Assembly: GCA_041191345.1 (NCBI GenBank)
Contig: JBEEOY010000114.1
Span: 2,143 to 66,142, forward strand
Origin: Pseudomonadota bacterium
GTDB taxonomy: Bacteria; Pseudomonadota; Alphaproteobacteria; Sphingomonadales; Sphingomonadaceae
DNA length: 64,000 nucleotides
Direction of reading: 5' to 3'
The position numbers and the translations under genes are program-made. Below are positions 62,759 to 64,000 of the stretch, piece after piece; within the stretch, counting starts at the first letter, position 1; each line of letters opens with the position of its first letter. The notes under the pieces are model-generated. The model did no database searches, was not told the DNA's origin, and saw nothing but the letters and a program-made list of their open reading frames with translations.

Positions 62759-63903
62759 ATTTGCCCAACGTTCAGGGGCTTGCCGCCGTTATTGCTGCCC
62801 TTAACGGGCAGGTTCGGTTGGTGGGCGGCGTCGTGCGCGATACGCTGGCCGGCGTTGCGACCAAGGATATTGATCTGGCAACGCCTTTGGCGCCCGAGGC
62901 GGTGATGGCCGCGCTCAAGGCCGCCGGGTTAAAGGCCGTCCCGACAGGCCTGGCGCACGGCACGGTCACAGCCGTTGCCGAAGGCCGGCCATTTGAGATC
63001 ACAACATTGCGCCGCGATGTGGCCACCGATGGCCGCCACGCCGAAGTCGCCTTTACCGATGATTGGCGTGAAGATGCTGCCCGCCGCGATTTCACGATCA
63101 ACGCGCTCTATGCAGACCCTGTGACCGGCGAAGTCTTTGATTATTTCGGCGGCCTTGCAGACCTTGAGGCCGGCATCGTGCGCTTCATTGGCGCGCCGCT
63201 GCAACGCATTGCTGAAGACCATTTGCGGATTTTGAGGTTCTTCCGTTTTCACGCGCGCTTTGGCAGCGGCGGCCCAGACGCGGCCAGCCTATCTGCCTGC
63301 CAGACTCGTGCCAATGATTTGATGGCGCTCTCGCGCGAGCGGATTGCCATGGAACTCTTGGCCCTGCTCGCGCTGCCCAATCCTGCACCCACTTTGGCCT
63401 TGATGATTGAGAGTGGGATTTTCGTGCCCGTGCTGCCAGAAATTGCAGATGCCGCGCCTGTCACACACTTGGTCACACGCGAGGCAGAGGCCGGGATCGC
63501 ACCCGATGCCCTGCGCCGCCTGTGCGCACTGATTGCCCCAGACCCTGCATTGGCAGAGGATATCGCCAACCGGCTCAAACTCTCAAATGCCCAGCGTAAG
63601 CGGATGATCGCCGTGGCCGCTCGAGCGGCTGAGGATGCCAGTGCCCCTCGCGCGCTGGCCTATTGGCAGGGCGTAGAAGTGGCAATCGACCGACTCCTGC
63701 TGGGCAATGGTGATCCCCGGCCCCTTATGGATTGGACACCGCCGCGCTTTCCCATCAACGGGGGCGCAATTGTCGCTCGCGGGGTTCAAGCTGGGCCAGA
63801 GGTTGCACGCATCTTGCAATCGGCAGAACGGCAATGGGTGGCCGAAGGCTTTCCCGAGGCCGCGCGAGCTGAGGCCATTGTAGCGGCGCTGATCCCCGCT
63901 TAA
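62746..63903 (+). CDS. cca: CCA tRNA nucleotidyltransferase (class II poly(A) polymerase family)
   Basis: LVGGVVRDTLAG..KDIDLAT. TLRRDV..DGRH; RRDFTINAL. The start ATG 62746 overlaps the Nudix gene by 13 nt. Confidence 0.88.
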   Translation: MARIDLPNVQGLAAVIAALNGQVRLVGGVVRDTLAGVATKDIDLATPLAPEAVMAALKAAGLKAVPTGLAHGTVTAVAEGRPFEITTLRRDVATDGRHAEVAFTDDWREDAARRDFTINALYADPVTGEVFDYFGGLADLEAGIVRFIGAPLQRIAEDHLRILRFFRFHARFGSGGPDAASLSACQTRANDLMALSRERIAMELLALLALPNPAPTLALMIESGIFVPVLPEIADAAPVTHLVTREAEAGIAPDALRRLCALIAPDPALAEDIANRLKLSNAQRKRMIAVAARAAEDASAPRALAYWQGVEVAIDRLLLGNGDPRPLMDWTPPRFPINGGAIVARGVQAGPEVARILQSAERQWVAEGFPEAARAEAIVAALIPA

Positions 63904-64000
63904 TCGAACTTATTGTCGCGCGGGAAGCCCAAGGGCGGCATCCGCCCGGCAGCGCCCCGCGCGACACGCCAAGGCGTCAAATCACTTTCGGTGCGCACCC

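Noticed and set aside
1-64000. Search for mobile elements, integrases, toxin-antitoxin pairs, restriction-modification, CRISPR-Cas or other defence modules, and for tRNA/rRNA genes.
   Set aside because: No ORF translation shows transposase, integrase, Cas, RT, nuclease-effector or TA signatures. No repeat-spacer arrays or tRNA-like cloverleaf sequences were noticed in intergenic DNA. The window looks like conserved core chromosome. The only orphan defence-like fold is the HerA-like ATPase, which lacks a partner.

Overview
GC-rich chromosomal segment with no rRNA, tRNA, CRISPR or mobile-element genes that I can recognise. Gene content and order point to an alphaproteobacterium, probably Sphingomonadales (PhyR-NepR-EcfG, a PEPxxWA-CTERM protein, ExbB-ExbD-ExbD-TonB, long-linker FtsZ). 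All calls come from reading the supplied translations and the DNA by eye; no searches were run. Left to right: (1) a translationally chained minus-strand block, PAS histidine kinase - tsaE - AmgK-like kinase - MurU-like nucleotidyltransferase - addB. addB is missing from the ORF track and runs off the left edge. Upstream of this block lie ahcY and a YqgE/AlgH gene. (2) A ~7 kb general stress response (GSR) island (8.6-15.4 kb) containing phyR, nepR-ecfG, a single-domain response regulator, a Crp/Fnr regulator and several small stress-type proteins. I found nine EcfG-type promoter motifs here (GGAAC-N16/17-CGTT and close variants), each correctly placed and oriented upstream of a gene. One precedes a non-coding stretch that looks like a ~170-nt sRNA with a C-rich loop and an intrinsic terminator (GsrN-like). 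Another precedes an untracked 46-codon membrane ORF. (3) An orphan HerA/FtsK-like ATPase fused to a winged helix, a LacI regulator, an SDR/enoyl-CoA hydratase pair, a winged-helix protein, a dGTPase-like gene and a TPR-SPOR protein. (4) A complete dcw cluster (mraZ rsmH ftsL ftsI murE murF mraY murD ftsW murG murC murB ddl ftsQ ftsA ftsZ; 24.9-43.4 kb), preceded by an array of G-tracts phased at 10 bp, a candidate MraZ operator. (5) Housekeeping and metabolic genes: a CysK-like operon, an AraC regulator, recF, thiolase/MaoC, putA, phaZ, an ABC exporter, exbB-exbD-exbD-tonB, folB plus an SDR, a GNAT, and DUF1285-Nudix-CCA. I see no recognisable defence or mobile system. The most interesting material is regulatory: the EcfG promoter cluster, the candidate sRNA, the micro-ORF, and an operator-like palindrome shared by two distant promoters. 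Many ORF-track entries carry spurious N-terminal extensions; I give corrected starts where 4-nt stop/start overlaps or ribosome-binding sites (RBS) support them.
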